Of a stretch of DNA of 32,000 nucleotides, positions 22,957 through 30,879 are shown one piece after another. The first letter of the stretch is position 1; every line of letters starts with the position of its first letter. The stretch spans positions 1,260,001 to 1,292,000 of the forward strand of contig NZ_CP047931.1 of assembly GCF_014280175.1 (NCBI RefSeq), read 5' to 3'. Under the pieces are notes generated by a model that saw only the letters and a program-made list of their open reading frames with translations, was not told the origin of the DNA and searched no databases. Source of the DNA: Synechococcus sp. A15-28. Its GTDB lineage: Bacteria > Cyanobacteriota > Cyanobacteriia > PCC-6307 > Cyanobiaceae. Made by a program: the position numbers and the translations under genes.

Positions 22957-23856
22957 ATGGCCCTGCGCTCCCTCCCTGTCGTTCTGACCGCTGCGCTTCT
23001 TGCTGCTCCAGCTGCAGTGGCAGAAACGGTCCAGCTCACACTCCTTAATGGCGACACCATCAATGCCGAGCTGGTTCCCGAGGAAAGCACTGATGAGGTG
23101 AAGGTGCTGGTGCATCCCCAACTCGGACGTCTGGAGGTGAGCCAGGACGCCATCAAGCCTGTCGAGAAGCCCCCCGCCTGGACGTCGACGATTTCAGGAG
23201 GCATCAACGCCGGCAATAAAGATGGAGATGGAACCTTTACAGCCAACATCAGCGGCACCAGCAACTACAAAAGTGACACCGACAGGTTGAAGATCCAAGC
23301 TGGCTTGAACTACAGCAAAAACAACGACAAGGGAAAACCGACTGAAGTCAAAACCGATAAGGGAATGGCAAACATTCGCTATGACCGCTTCCTGAACAAG
23401 ACAGTCACTCTTTACGCGAAAAGCGACTATCAATACAACGGCTTGAATGATACCGGCGTCAACGTGGTCGAAGGCTCAGTCGGTGTCGGCTTTCCTCTGA
23501 TCAACACCGAAACAACAACATTCTCGCTCTCACTTGGACCTGCATTGCATTGGAACGAGGGAGGCAATGATTGCAGCAGCGACGAGTACTGCGGAAACAC
23601 CTACGCAGGTGGCAGCTTCATCACCGCACTCAGCTGGGCTCCGAACAAATCGTTCAAGTTCAATATTGATAACACCCTGTCGGCCATGGCGGCTGATGAA
23701 ATCAAGCCGACGAATATATTCAGTGCCGCGGTCAAGTTCTTTCCGTCCTTCGACAGCGGTTTGTTCACCTCCCTTAAGTTTGTATCCACATACAACAGCA
23801 TGACTACACCCGAAAGCGATAACCGCATCACCGGCCAGGTGGGCTTCGAGTTCTAA
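22957..23856 (+). CDS. DUF481-family outer-membrane beta-barrel protein
   Basis: Signal peptide MALRSLPVVLTAALLAAPAAVA. Alternating beta-strand pattern, Asn/Ser/Thr/Gly/Tyr-rich, with terminal ...GQVGFEF*, as in DUF481/YdiY-like proteins. Confidence 0.85.
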   Translation: MALRSLPVVLTAALLAAPAAVAETVQLTLLNGDTINAELVPEESTDEVKVLVHPQLGRLEVSQDAIKPVEKPPAWTSTISGGINAGNKDGDGTFTANISGTSNYKSDTDRLKIQAGLNYSKNNDKGKPTEVKTDKGMANIRYDRFLNKTVTLYAKSDYQYNGLNDTGVNVVEGSVGVGFPLINTETTTFSLSLGPALHWNEGGNDCSSDEYCGNTYAGGSFITALSWAPNKSFKFNIDNTLSAMAADEIKPTNIFSAAVKFFPSFDSGLFTSLKFVSTYNSMTTPESDNRITGQVGFEF

Positions 23857-23859
23857 TCC

Positions 23860-24294
23860 ATGATTCATCCACCCCTTGATACCAAAGCTCTCCGTAGGCT
23901 ATTCACCAAACCCTATGGAGAGCCGGGTCCAACACCCGATCAATGGAGAGCGGTCTACGCCGAGGACGTTCACTTCATCGATCCAACCCAGGAACGGCAG
24001 GGTATTGAGGCTTACATCAAGGCGCAGGATGGATTGATTCAGCGGTGCGACGACGTCTTCCTCGAAACAAGCAATGTCTCCATCACTGGGGAGCTTGCCT
24101 TCGTGGAATGGCGAATGGGCCTCAAAATCAAGGGTGTGGAGTTCATCTACCCAGGGACCACTCGTCTTGTCTTTGGGGACGACGGCCGCATTGTCAAGCA
24201 CCGGGACTACTTTGACTTTGTCGGTCCCACCTTTGGCCCGGTTCCAATTCTTGGGTCGCTGACGCGCTGGATTTACGAACGATTCGTATCTTGA
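23860..24294 (+). CDS. SnoaL-like / NTF2-fold protein
   Basis: ...YAEDVHFIDPTQERQGIEAYIKAQ...ELAFVEWRMGLKIKG...TTRLVFGDDGRIVKHRDYFD... follows the typical SnoaL-like polyketide-cyclase-fold pattern. Confidence 0.75.
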   Translation: MIHPPLDTKALRRLFTKPYGEPGPTPDQWRAVYAEDVHFIDPTQERQGIEAYIKAQDGLIQRCDDVFLETSNVSITGELAFVEWRMGLKIKGVEFIYPGTTRLVFGDDGRIVKHRDYFDFVGPTFGPVPILGSLTRWIYERFVS

Positions 24295-24350
24295 CTTGTC
24301 CCCCACATTCGTAACTGTTGGGTAATGATGTTGATGAACTTCATTACCCG

Positions 24351-24515
24351 ATGGACCACGAGCTCGACAAGGTAATCGCCTGGATCGATGACAGGGATGC
24401 TGAAGCTGAGCAGTGGCTCAATGAGCAGGCGGCTGAGCGTTTTAACCTGCGCGCCGAATCAGAGATGAGCGACTACATCCAAACCATTCTCTCGTCGGAC
24501 CTGCTGCCTGACTGA
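24351..24515 (+). CDS. Small acidic hypothetical protein, 54 aa
   Basis: MDHELDKVIAWIDDRDAEAEQWLNEQAAERFNLRAESEMSDYIQTILSSDLLPD*. ATG 24351 is preferred over TTG 24318. A 9-bp stem-loop abuts the start. Confidence 0.45.
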   Translation: MDHELDKVIAWIDDRDAEAEQWLNEQAAERFNLRAESEMSDYIQTILSSDLLPD

Positions 24516-24823
24516 GGCGGCAAATCCACGACGGCACAACAACTTGCGTCGTTGCTGCCTGCAAGGGTCATCTCAACGGATGCGCTAACGGGCAAGTCGT
24601 CATCGCGCTGAACCATTCAAAGACGGCTCCATGCCTTGACGAAGGATTTGCTCAACTCCACCGCATCCATCCAGCCACCGGAGATCTCCTGAACCAGGTC
24701 AGGCACGCCATGAAGGTTCAATCCAATGGACAGTCCACACGGTCCCGTGGTGTGAAGAAAGTTGAGAAGGCCGTGCAGCCTCCCTTCAGCGGCTTCAACG
24801 TCTGATCAGCAGCAACCAGTCGC

Positions 24824-25006
24824 ATGACCCTCGGAACACTCTTCCTGGAAGCGATGTCAACTGGTGTGATCACCAAAGGCGAAATGGCATGGATCACCGT
24901 GCATCAGAGTGAGTTCAACCGGACGGAAGAAGCGGTCGCTCTACGCCTGGGCCGGCTCATCGATGAAGGCAGCATTCAAATGGGATGCCGTATGCCAATG
25001 AAATGA
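24824..25006 (+). CDS. Small hypothetical protein, family B copy 2 (60 aa)
   Basis: MTLGTLFLEAMSTGVITKGEMAWITVHQSEFNRTEEAVALRLGRLIDEGSIQMGCRMPMK* is paralogous to 20096..20266. Confidence 0.5.
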   Translation: MTLGTLFLEAMSTGVITKGEMAWITVHQSEFNRTEEAVALRLGRLIDEGSIQMGCRMPMK

Positions 25007-25075
25007 CGTTGGAGTCAGAAGCGACATTCACGGAACGAACGAGCCGAGCAAAACAAATTCCAGCAGGCTTTCGAA

Positions 25076-25609
25076 ATGCGGTTGAACTTCATTCCCATTC
25101 ATGTGTTTCGAGAGACGCCGGCTGTCACTTTTTTTGATGCAGGTGTCTCAGGAAGCAATGGCACCGATGTTGTGGCGCACCACAGTGCAGCAACCTCACC
25201 CCCTGATATCGACGGCTCAGAGCAGTACTACATCCACAAACATCAGATCGACCACAATCTGGTTCTGACCGGTGAACGGGTGTTCACTCTCTTGAATCCA
25301 TCATGGGATCAGCCACACCACGTCATTCATCTTGTTCGCGCCATGGGGGCACTACAGATCCCCCTTGGAACGTATCACCGCTCCGTGTCCGAAGAGGACG
25401 GCAGCCTCGTGTTGAACCAATCCATACGGGATCCGGACTTCGACTACGCCACTGAATTCATCCCGGTCAAGCTCAGCGAGCATCGTGATCTGGTCGATGC
25501 AAAAAGCAATTCACCCTGGGTGTGGACCTGGCGCGATGGCCACATCTGTCGACATCACAGCATCAGCGGAGGGAACTGCGTTGCCGTCTGCGATGTCCAA
25601 GGCGCTTGA
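25076..25609 (+). CDS. Hypothetical protein, cupin-like (RmlC-like jelly-roll) features
   Basis: YYIHKHQIDHNLVLTGERVFTLL...GALQIPLGTYHRSV...LVLNQSIRDPDFD resembles cupin/epimerase-like barrels. Assignment tentative. Confidence 0.55.
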   Translation: MRLNFIPIHVFRETPAVTFFDAGVSGSNGTDVVAHHSAATSPPDIDGSEQYYIHKHQIDHNLVLTGERVFTLLNPSWDQPHHVIHLVRAMGALQIPLGTYHRSVSEEDGSLVLNQSIRDPDFDYATEFIPVKLSEHRDLVDAKSNSPWVWTWRDGHICRHHSISGGNCVAVCDVQGA

Positions 25610-25718
25610 CCAATCGCTCACGGGTACCGGGGTGACGCTGCTGCTCAACCATCACCAGCCGCCAGCCCAGCCAGGAGATGTCCATCAGGATCGACAGGAC
25701 GATCAACAACGAAACCAT
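25563..25718 (-). CDS. Small membrane protein, 51 aa
   Basis: MVSLLIVLSILMDISWLGWRLVMVEQQRHPGTRERLVKRLGHRRRQRSSLR*. Starts 6 nt after the stop of the Cys-rich ORF. Its 3' part overlaps 25076..25609 by 47 nt (convergent). Confidence 0.25.
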   Translation of the reverse strand: MVSLLIVLSILMDISWLGWRLVMVEQQRHPGTRERLVKRLGHRRRQRSSLR

Positions 25719-25724
25719 CACGGA

Positions 25725-25880
25725 TCAGAGGCAGAGACTGCTGGCCCAGAGCTCTTCGTCATTTCCAAGGTGATCACGCACGCATGTCGTGACGCATGAA
25801 CCGTCGTCAAGCGAGCAGTGCGTGATGCACTCCATGCAGGCTTCGACGGCATCCCAACGGCGACGCTCCTCAGAATCCAA
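25725..25880 (-). CDS. Cys-rich mini-protein, 51 aa (TTG start) or 36 aa (ATG 25835)
   Basis: LDSEERRRWDAVEACMECITHCSLDDGSCVTTCVRDHLGNDEELWASSLCL*. The CxxCxxxC-x6-CxxxC spacing suggests metal binding. Not in the ORF track. Confidence 0.35.
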   Translation of the reverse strand: MDSEERRRWDAVEACMECITHCSLDDGSCVTTCVRDHLGNDEELWASSLCL

Positions 25881-25960
25881 GGATTTAAGAGATCACTGAC
25901 TGAGTTTTACGTCAGCAACTGCTGACTGTCTGCATTTCAGTGAAGAGGCATGAAGACCTC

Positions 25961-26158
25961 TTAGCGCTGGCCATCCTCATGCAGGCTGCATTCCAGCAAA
26001 GCGGCGTACAGCAACCGCTGCAGGGCCTGGAGATCCTGCTGCTCCCGCGGATCGGGACCACCAGGCCATCGCTCCAGGTAGTAAGCCACGGAACGGTGCA
26101 ACAGACGAATGGCGTCGGCATCCAGATCGAACTGAAGCCTTGGAGCTGGATCAGTCAT
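25961..26158 (-). CDS. Small hypothetical protein, family A (WPGG motif) copy 2, 65 aa
   Basis: MTDPAPRLQFDLDADAIRLLHRSVAYYLERWPGGPDPREQQDLQALQRLLYAALLECSLHEDGQR* is paralogous to 8685..8870. Confidence 0.6.
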   Translation of the reverse strand: MTDPAPRLQFDLDADAIRLLHRSVAYYLERWPGGPDPREQQDLQALQRLLYAALLECSLHEDGQR

Positions 26159-26212
26159 GGAGGAATTCTGACGCAGCCACACCTTGACGCAGCCACGGAA
26201 TCAGAGTAGTAC

Positions 26213-26485
26213 ATGCGTACCTATCGTCGAGATGAGTCCTTGGACAAGTCAACGGATCTGCACTGGGCCACCCTCAACACGGGAACGTTGCGCCCAAGCC
26301 GGTCGGCCATGGTGTGCATCACCTGCCAACAATTCCGCCACGCCCTGAGTGAGGACGGAACCACGATTCCTGCCTGCACCCGGCACGAACGACTCTTACC
26401 CCAGGGCTCACATCTGAACCATCGCTGCCATCAGTGGATGCAACGTCTTGAACATGAGATTGGTTGGTGCCCAGAAGCTGCCTGA
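26213..26485 (+). CDS. Cys/His-rich hypothetical protein, 90 aa
   Basis: ...MVCITCQQFRHALSEDGTTIPACTRHERLLPQGSHLNHRCHQWMQRLEHEIGWCPEAA*. Divergent from family A copy 2. The start could instead be the internal Met (MVCITC). Confidence 0.5.
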   Translation: MRTYRRDESLDKSTDLHWATLNTGTLRPSRSAMVCITCQQFRHALSEDGTTIPACTRHERLLPQGSHLNHRCHQWMQRLEHEIGWCPEAA

Positions 26486-26662
26486 CTCGAGCGCTGAAGA
26501 AACATCATCATCACTCTCCCAAGAAACGGTTTCTACATTTTCATCCGCTACTGACATCGGAAACAAAACCAAGTCTCGCCTGACGCCCTTGACCGATTTG
26601 TGACCGTGGTCATGTTGACCGTCGGAGTTGGCCGTACTCCTGGTCTGATTGGGGCAAGGCCC

Positions 26663-26692
26663 AACAAAAAGCCCCAACCTTGCGGTGGAGGC
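26663..26692 (-). terminator. Rho-independent terminator of psbA
   Basis: Minus strand reads GCCUCCACC-GCAA-GGUUGGGGC (8 of 9 positions paired including one G-U, GNRA loop) followed by UUUUUGUU. A longer imperfect hairpin (GTTGATCTG 26703-26711 / CAGATCAAC 26749-26757) lies between it and the stop codon. Confidence 0.7.
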
Positions 26693-26753
26693 TTTCCGAT
26701 TCAGTTGATCTGAATCGCTTGTTCTATTCCCGAGGGAACAGGTTGATTCCAGA

Positions 26754-27830
26754 TCAACCGATGGCAGGAGCCTGCAGAGCCACAGGAGTGGACTCAACGG
26801 AAGCCAGGTCGAGGGGGAAGTTGTGAGCGTTACGCTCGTGCATCACTTCCATACCGAGGCCGGCACGGTTCACCATGTCAGCCCAGGTGTTCAGGACGCG
26901 GCCCTGACTATCCAGGATGGACTGGTTGAAGTTGAAGCCGTTCAGGTTGAAAGCCATGGTTGACACGCCCATGGACGTGAACCAGATGCCGACAACAGGC
27001 CAGGCGCCCAGGAAGAAGTGAAGGCTACGGCTGTTGTTGAAGGAGGCGTATTGGAAGATCAGGCGACCGAAGTAACCGTGGGCAGCCACGATGTTGTAGG
27101 TCTCTTCCTCTTGGCCGAACTTGTAGCCGTAGTTCTGGGACTCGGTCTCGGTGGTTTCACGCACCAGGGAGGAGGTCACCAGGGAGCCATGCATGGCGGA
27201 GAACAGGGAGCCACCGAACACACCTGCAACACCCAGCATGTGGAAGGGGTGCATCAGGATGTTGTGCTCAGCCTGGAACACCAGCATGAAGTTGAACGTG
27301 CCGGAGATGCCCAGGGGCATGCCATCGGAGAAGGAGCCCTGACCGAAGGGGTAGACCAGGAAAACAGCCATCGCAGCAGACAGCGGAGCGCTGTAGGCGA
27401 CGCAGATCCAGGGGCGCATGCCCAGGCGGTAGGAGAGTTCCCACTGACGGCCCATGTAGGCGGAAATGCCGATCAGGAAGTGGAAGCACACCAGCTGATA
27501 AGGGCCGCCGTTGTACAGCCACTCATCGAGAGAAGCGGCTTCCCAGATGGGATAGAAGTGCAGGCCGATGGCGTTGCTGGAAGGAACAACAGCACCGGAG
27601 ATGATGTTGTTGCCGTAGATCAGGGAGCCAGCGACAGGCTCGCGGATGCCGTCGATATCAACAGGGGGTGCTGCGATAAAGGCGATGGTGAAGCAGATGG
27701 TGGCCGCCAGAAGGCAGGGAATCATCAGCACACCGAACCAACCCACATAAATGCGGTTGTTCGTGTCTGTGACCCAGGAGCAGAACGCTTCCCAGTTGCT
27801 CTGGCGTCCGCTGCGAATAGCGGTGGACAT
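26754..27830 (-). CDS. psbA: Photosystem II reaction-centre protein D1 (D1:1-type, Gln at the position-130 equivalent)
   Basis: 358-aa product with unmistakable D1 sequence (...[22 protein letters not shown]...[17 protein letters not shown]...HNFPLDLA...). GRQWELS rather than GREWELS. Confidence 0.99.
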   Translation of the reverse strand: MSTAIRSGRQSNWEAFCSWVTDTNNRIYVGWFGVLMIPCLLAATICFTIAFIAAPPVDIDGIREPVAGSLIYGNNIISGAVVPSSNAIGLHFYPIWEAASLDEWLYNGGPYQLVCFHFLIGISAYMGRQWELSYRLGMRPWICVAYSAPLSAAMAVFLVYPFGQGSFSDGMPLGISGTFNFMLVFQAEHNILMHPFHMLGVAGVFGGSLFSAMHGSLVTSSLVRETTETESQNYGYKFGQEEETYNIVAAHGYFGRLIFQYASFNNSRSLHFFLGAWPVVGIWFTSMGVSTMAFNLNGFNFNQSILDSQGRVLNTWADMVNRAGLGMEVMHERNAHNFPLDLASVESTPVALQAPAIG

Positions 27831-27946
27831 AACAGAAAAGAAGACGGATAAACCTCACTCCAGACCAGGAGATCGGTCAATCAAGACTATGGAGAGGAGT
27901 GATGAATACCTGGTTTTTCAACATTCCGACTCAGGACTAAATACAA

Positions 27947-27990
27947 CTTTATGAAGTGCTTCATGAAGCGTTCATGAAGTTGCTTGAAGC
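27947..27990. promoter_or_regulatory. Phased array of CTTCATGAAG palindromes between the DUF697-like gene and psbA
   Basis: CTTTATGAAG (27947-27956), CTTCATGAAG (27959-27968), GTTCATGAAG (27970-27979) and degenerate GCTTGAAGC (27982-27990), spaced 11-12 bp. 117-160 nt upstream of the psbA ATG. Overlaps the stop codon at 27972-27974. Confidence 0.4.
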
Positions 27991-29300
27991 AACCAGCGGC
28001 GCGAATCCTGCAGGAACAGGTTCCAGTTGAGACGTTCCTCCTCCGCTGCTTTGGCCACCAGCAAGGGAGCCCGCTGCCGCAGCTCGGCGAGGTCAGGCTC
28101 GCTGACCCCTGCACTCAGAGCCAACCAATCGGCCATGGAGCGACCCACAACCCGAGTCAGGTAAGCGGCGCTCAAGGCCTGCATGGAGCCGGCCATCAAC
28201 CAGCTGCCTCCATCCAACTTCGCCAGTCCCAGCAGGGTCTGCCCCGTCCACTCGACGACCCCCTGGGCAAGGGCAACGCGGGCCAACTGGCCAGCCGCCT
28301 CCTGGAGCAGCTCCACCTTCGCCGTGGAGCCCCAGATTGTGGCCATCTCACGAATCATCAGTCCATTGGCCACCGCGACGGCCAGGAGATCAACGCTGGC
28401 CAGGGGCGAGGCGAACACCGAGCCGGCCACGATCCACTGTGTACGGCCCTGCAGTTGCTGAAACCGGGCCCAGCGCAACTGCTCCAGTTCGGCCTGCCAG
28501 GACTGATGCAGTCTCCGAAGCAGACGCTGGCGGGTTTCAGAGGTCAGCCCAGCCTTCTGAAGCTCGCTTCGAATCGGAACAAGGGCACTCCGCAGGTTGG
28601 CCTCTTCCTTGTCCAGAACCACCATGCGCTGCAGCCAGCGATCATCGAGCTGCAGCGTCAGCTCGCTCCGAATCGCGTTGGGAGATTGCCCCTGCCCCGA
28701 TCGCACCAGCAACCATGCCGGCTGCTCACAGGGCAGCTGCTGAAGCCAGAGGAGATCGGCCGCCATCAAGGGTGCCGACAAGCTGAACAGGATCAGGTCC
28801 TGATCCTCCAGACCTGTGGGCCAGACCCGTTCACCGGCATGGGACACCAGGGGATGAGCCAAGGACAGTTCCAGAGGCTTCGAACCGGCCAGGGCCCGCT
28901 GAAGAGACTCCAGCGAGGGACGACTCGCGGCGTCAACACACACCAACGCCAGCTTCAGCGGCCCATCTCTATCCAGGACCTGCTGCAACCTCAGGCGCCG
29001 CTGTTGCCCTCCCCCCGTGTTGTCACCTTCAAAAGCCTCAAACTGCTCCAGTACGGAACGACAGCGCTGAACCCATCCCTGAGCGGAGGTGGGCTCCTCG
29101 AAGCGGGGGGTCCTGGAGCGACGACCGATCCAGACAACCCCGGCACCCGCGGCCAGCAGACCCAGTCCTCCGCCGGGAACATGCAGGAGGTCGCTCACCA
29201 ACCACTGACCCAGCAGCAAGCCGCCACCGGCCAGGACAAGCGATCCTGCCAGGGCGAGGCGAGGCGGCCAGAGGGGAGCCAGCGACAGCGGAAGTTTCAA
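27972..29300 (-). CDS. Membrane protein with DUF697-like C-terminal domain
   Basis: Two N-terminal hydrophobic spans. C-terminal ...WIVAGSVFASPLASVDLLAVAVANGLMIREMATIWG...ALAQGVVEWTGQTLL... resembles DUF697. The middle region looks like a degenerate GTPase fold. Confidence 0.7.
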   Translation of the reverse strand: MKLPLSLAPLWPPRLALAGSLVLAGGGLLLGQWLVSDLLHVPGGGLGLLAAGAGVVWIGRRSRTPRFEEPTSAQGWVQRCRSVLEQFEAFEGDNTGGGQQRRLRLQQVLDRDGPLKLALVCVDAASRPSLESLQRALAGSKPLELSLAHPLVSHAGERVWPTGLEDQDLILFSLSAPLMAADLLWLQQLPCEQPAWLLVRSGQGQSPNAIRSELTLQLDDRWLQRMVVLDKEEANLRSALVPIRSELQKAGLTSETRQRLLRRLHQSWQAELEQLRWARFQQLQGRTQWIVAGSVFASPLASVDLLAVAVANGLMIREMATIWGSTAKVELLQEAAGQLARVALAQGVVEWTGQTLLGLAKLDGGSWLMAGSMQALSAAYLTRVVGRSMADWLALSAGVSEPDLAELRQRAPLLVAKAAEEERLNWNLFLQDSRRWLLQATS

Positions 29301-29413
29301 AGCAACGCCGGGACTTCGAGTGGTTGTCTTAGCCCAGAGAGCGCTCAGAAACCAGAAAGACCGGTCAGAGCGTTGACTTCTCCATACCGTATGAATGTTG
29401 CTGCAAACGATGG

Positions 29414-30352
29414 ATGGCCATCGCCCTGGAAAGCCAAGGAGGCGGCAGGTCCGGTGACCGGCGTTCCGATGTGCGGCGGGTGCTGATGGTGGCCCTCGGG
29501 CTGAACATCAGCATGTCGCTGTTGAAATTGCTTGTGGGTGTGCTCAGTGGCTCACTGGCGGTGATCGCTGATGCCATGCACAGCGCCACGGACGCACTCT
29601 CCAGCCTGACGGGGTTGATCACCAACAACCTCTCCGACCCACAACCGGATCGGGATCACCCCTACGGCCATCACAAATATGAGGCGATCGGGGCCCTGGG
29701 GATTGCCGGATTCATCCTGTTCACGGCGCTGGAAATCCTGCTGCGCTCCGGGGAACGGTTGTTGGAGGGACTCCCGCCGATCCGCGTCGGCGGGCAGGAG
29801 TTGATGCTGCTGGTGCTCGTGCTGGGCTTCAACCTCCTGCTGGCGGGCTATGAGCACCGGGAGGGCCGACGCCTGAAAAGCGCGTTGCTCAAGGCCGATG
29901 CCCAGCATGCCGCCAGCGACGTGTGGACCACCGTTGTGGTGTTGCTTGGCATGGCGGGCGCCCTGTGGCTGCAGGTCTCATGGCTGGACATCGCCCTGGC
30001 GATTCCGATGGCACTCCTCCTGATCCGGGTGTGCTGGCAGGTCCTGCGCCGCACCCTGCCCTGGCTGGTGGATCACATCGCCATCGCGCCCGAATCAATC
30101 CACCGGGAAGCCATGGCGGTGGCCGGGGTGATCAACTGTCACGACATCGCCAGTCGCGGGGTTCTGGGTCAGCAGGTGTTCATCGACATGCACATGGTGG
30201 TGGAAACCAACGACCTATCCACAGCCCATCGCATCACCGAACTGGTGGAGGAGCGACTCGATCGCGTCTTCGGACCGGTGCGCTGCACGATTCATCTGGA
30301 ACCCAAGGATTATGTGGAGGACGGGATCACCTACACAGGCACCCATGGTTGA
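29414..30352 (+). CDS. Cation diffusion facilitator (CDF) family metal transporter
   Basis: SLAVIADAMHSATDALSS (TM2 HxxxD), DRDHPYGHHKYE, AQHAASDVWT (TM5 HxxxD) and a C-terminal cytoplasmic domain. Confidence 0.92.
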   Translation: MAIALESQGGGRSGDRRSDVRRVLMVALGLNISMSLLKLLVGVLSGSLAVIADAMHSATDALSSLTGLITNNLSDPQPDRDHPYGHHKYEAIGALGIAGFILFTALEILLRSGERLLEGLPPIRVGGQELMLLVLVLGFNLLLAGYEHREGRRLKSALLKADAQHAASDVWTTVVVLLGMAGALWLQVSWLDIALAIPMALLLIRVCWQVLRRTLPWLVDHIAIAPESIHREAMAVAGVINCHDIASRGVLGQQVFIDMHMVVETNDLSTAHRITELVEERLDRVFGPVRCTIHLEPKDYVEDGITYTGTHG

Positions 30353-30863
30353 TCCGGACAATCCACTGGACGGGCTGACCGGTCGACAACGGCAGGCACT
30401 CCAGAACCTGCTTAGCGACGTGCGCAGCTCCCTGGCCTGGTCATGGCAGCTCCCTGTCCTGATCCGACAGCGCTGCTGGCTTCGTCTGGAAATGATTCCG
30501 TTGGGAGATCTGCACCGCTGGCTACCTCCCGACGGTCGCGAAGACGCACCGGAACTGGCGCGTTACCGCGAACTGGTGGCGCAGGGATGGTCACCACAGC
30601 AGGCTCAGGAGCAGTGCTGGCAGGAATTTGGCGACGATGCATGCCGCACTGCACTGCAACGGTTCTGGGCCAGTCAACAGGAGCGACAACACGACTGGAC
30701 CATGCAGCGCTATCTCGCGTTGATCAGTCGCTACAGGCAATCGATCGAATCAGGAATCACCACCATTCCGATGCTGGTGCTGCCCCGAGCTGGAGCAGCG
30801 ACAGATCATCAGCTGCACTGGGTTTCGGACAGCACACCGCCGATGCGGCACACTTGCGCCTGA
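30345..30863 (+). CDS. Hypothetical protein, 172 aa
   Basis: ATG 30345 overlaps the CDF gene end (ATGGTTGA). MVDPDNPLDGLTGRQRQALQNLLSDVRSSLAWSWQLPVLIRQRCW... is Trp/Gln/Arg-rich. No family recognised. Confidence 0.6.
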   Translation: MVDPDNPLDGLTGRQRQALQNLLSDVRSSLAWSWQLPVLIRQRCWLRLEMIPLGDLHRWLPPDGREDAPELARYRELVAQGWSPQQAQEQCWQEFGDDACRTALQRFWASQQERQHDWTMQRYLALISRYRQSIESGITTIPMLVLPRAGAATDHQLHWVSDSTPPMRHTCA

Positions 30864-30879
30864 TTCCAGGCCATGGGCC

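Noticed and set aside
24515-24806. 97-codon open frame in the 300-nt gap before family B copy 2, with somewhat protein-like translation
   Set aside because: There is no ATG, GTG or TTG in frame until ATG 24710, which leaves only 31 aa. It could be a decayed gene remnant, but there is no supporting evidence.
26408-26797. 129-aa minus-strand ORF spanning the psbA 3' region
   Set aside because: It starts inside the psbA coding end in another frame. It runs through the psbA terminator hairpins and into the Cys/His-rich gene on the opposite strand.
27984-29486. 500-aa plus-strand ORF, the longest in the window
   Set aside because: It is entirely antisense to the DUF697-like gene and runs into the CDF gene. 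Its Pro/Gln/Gly/Arg/His-rich composition has no motifs, which is typical of a shadow ORF in high-GC DNA.
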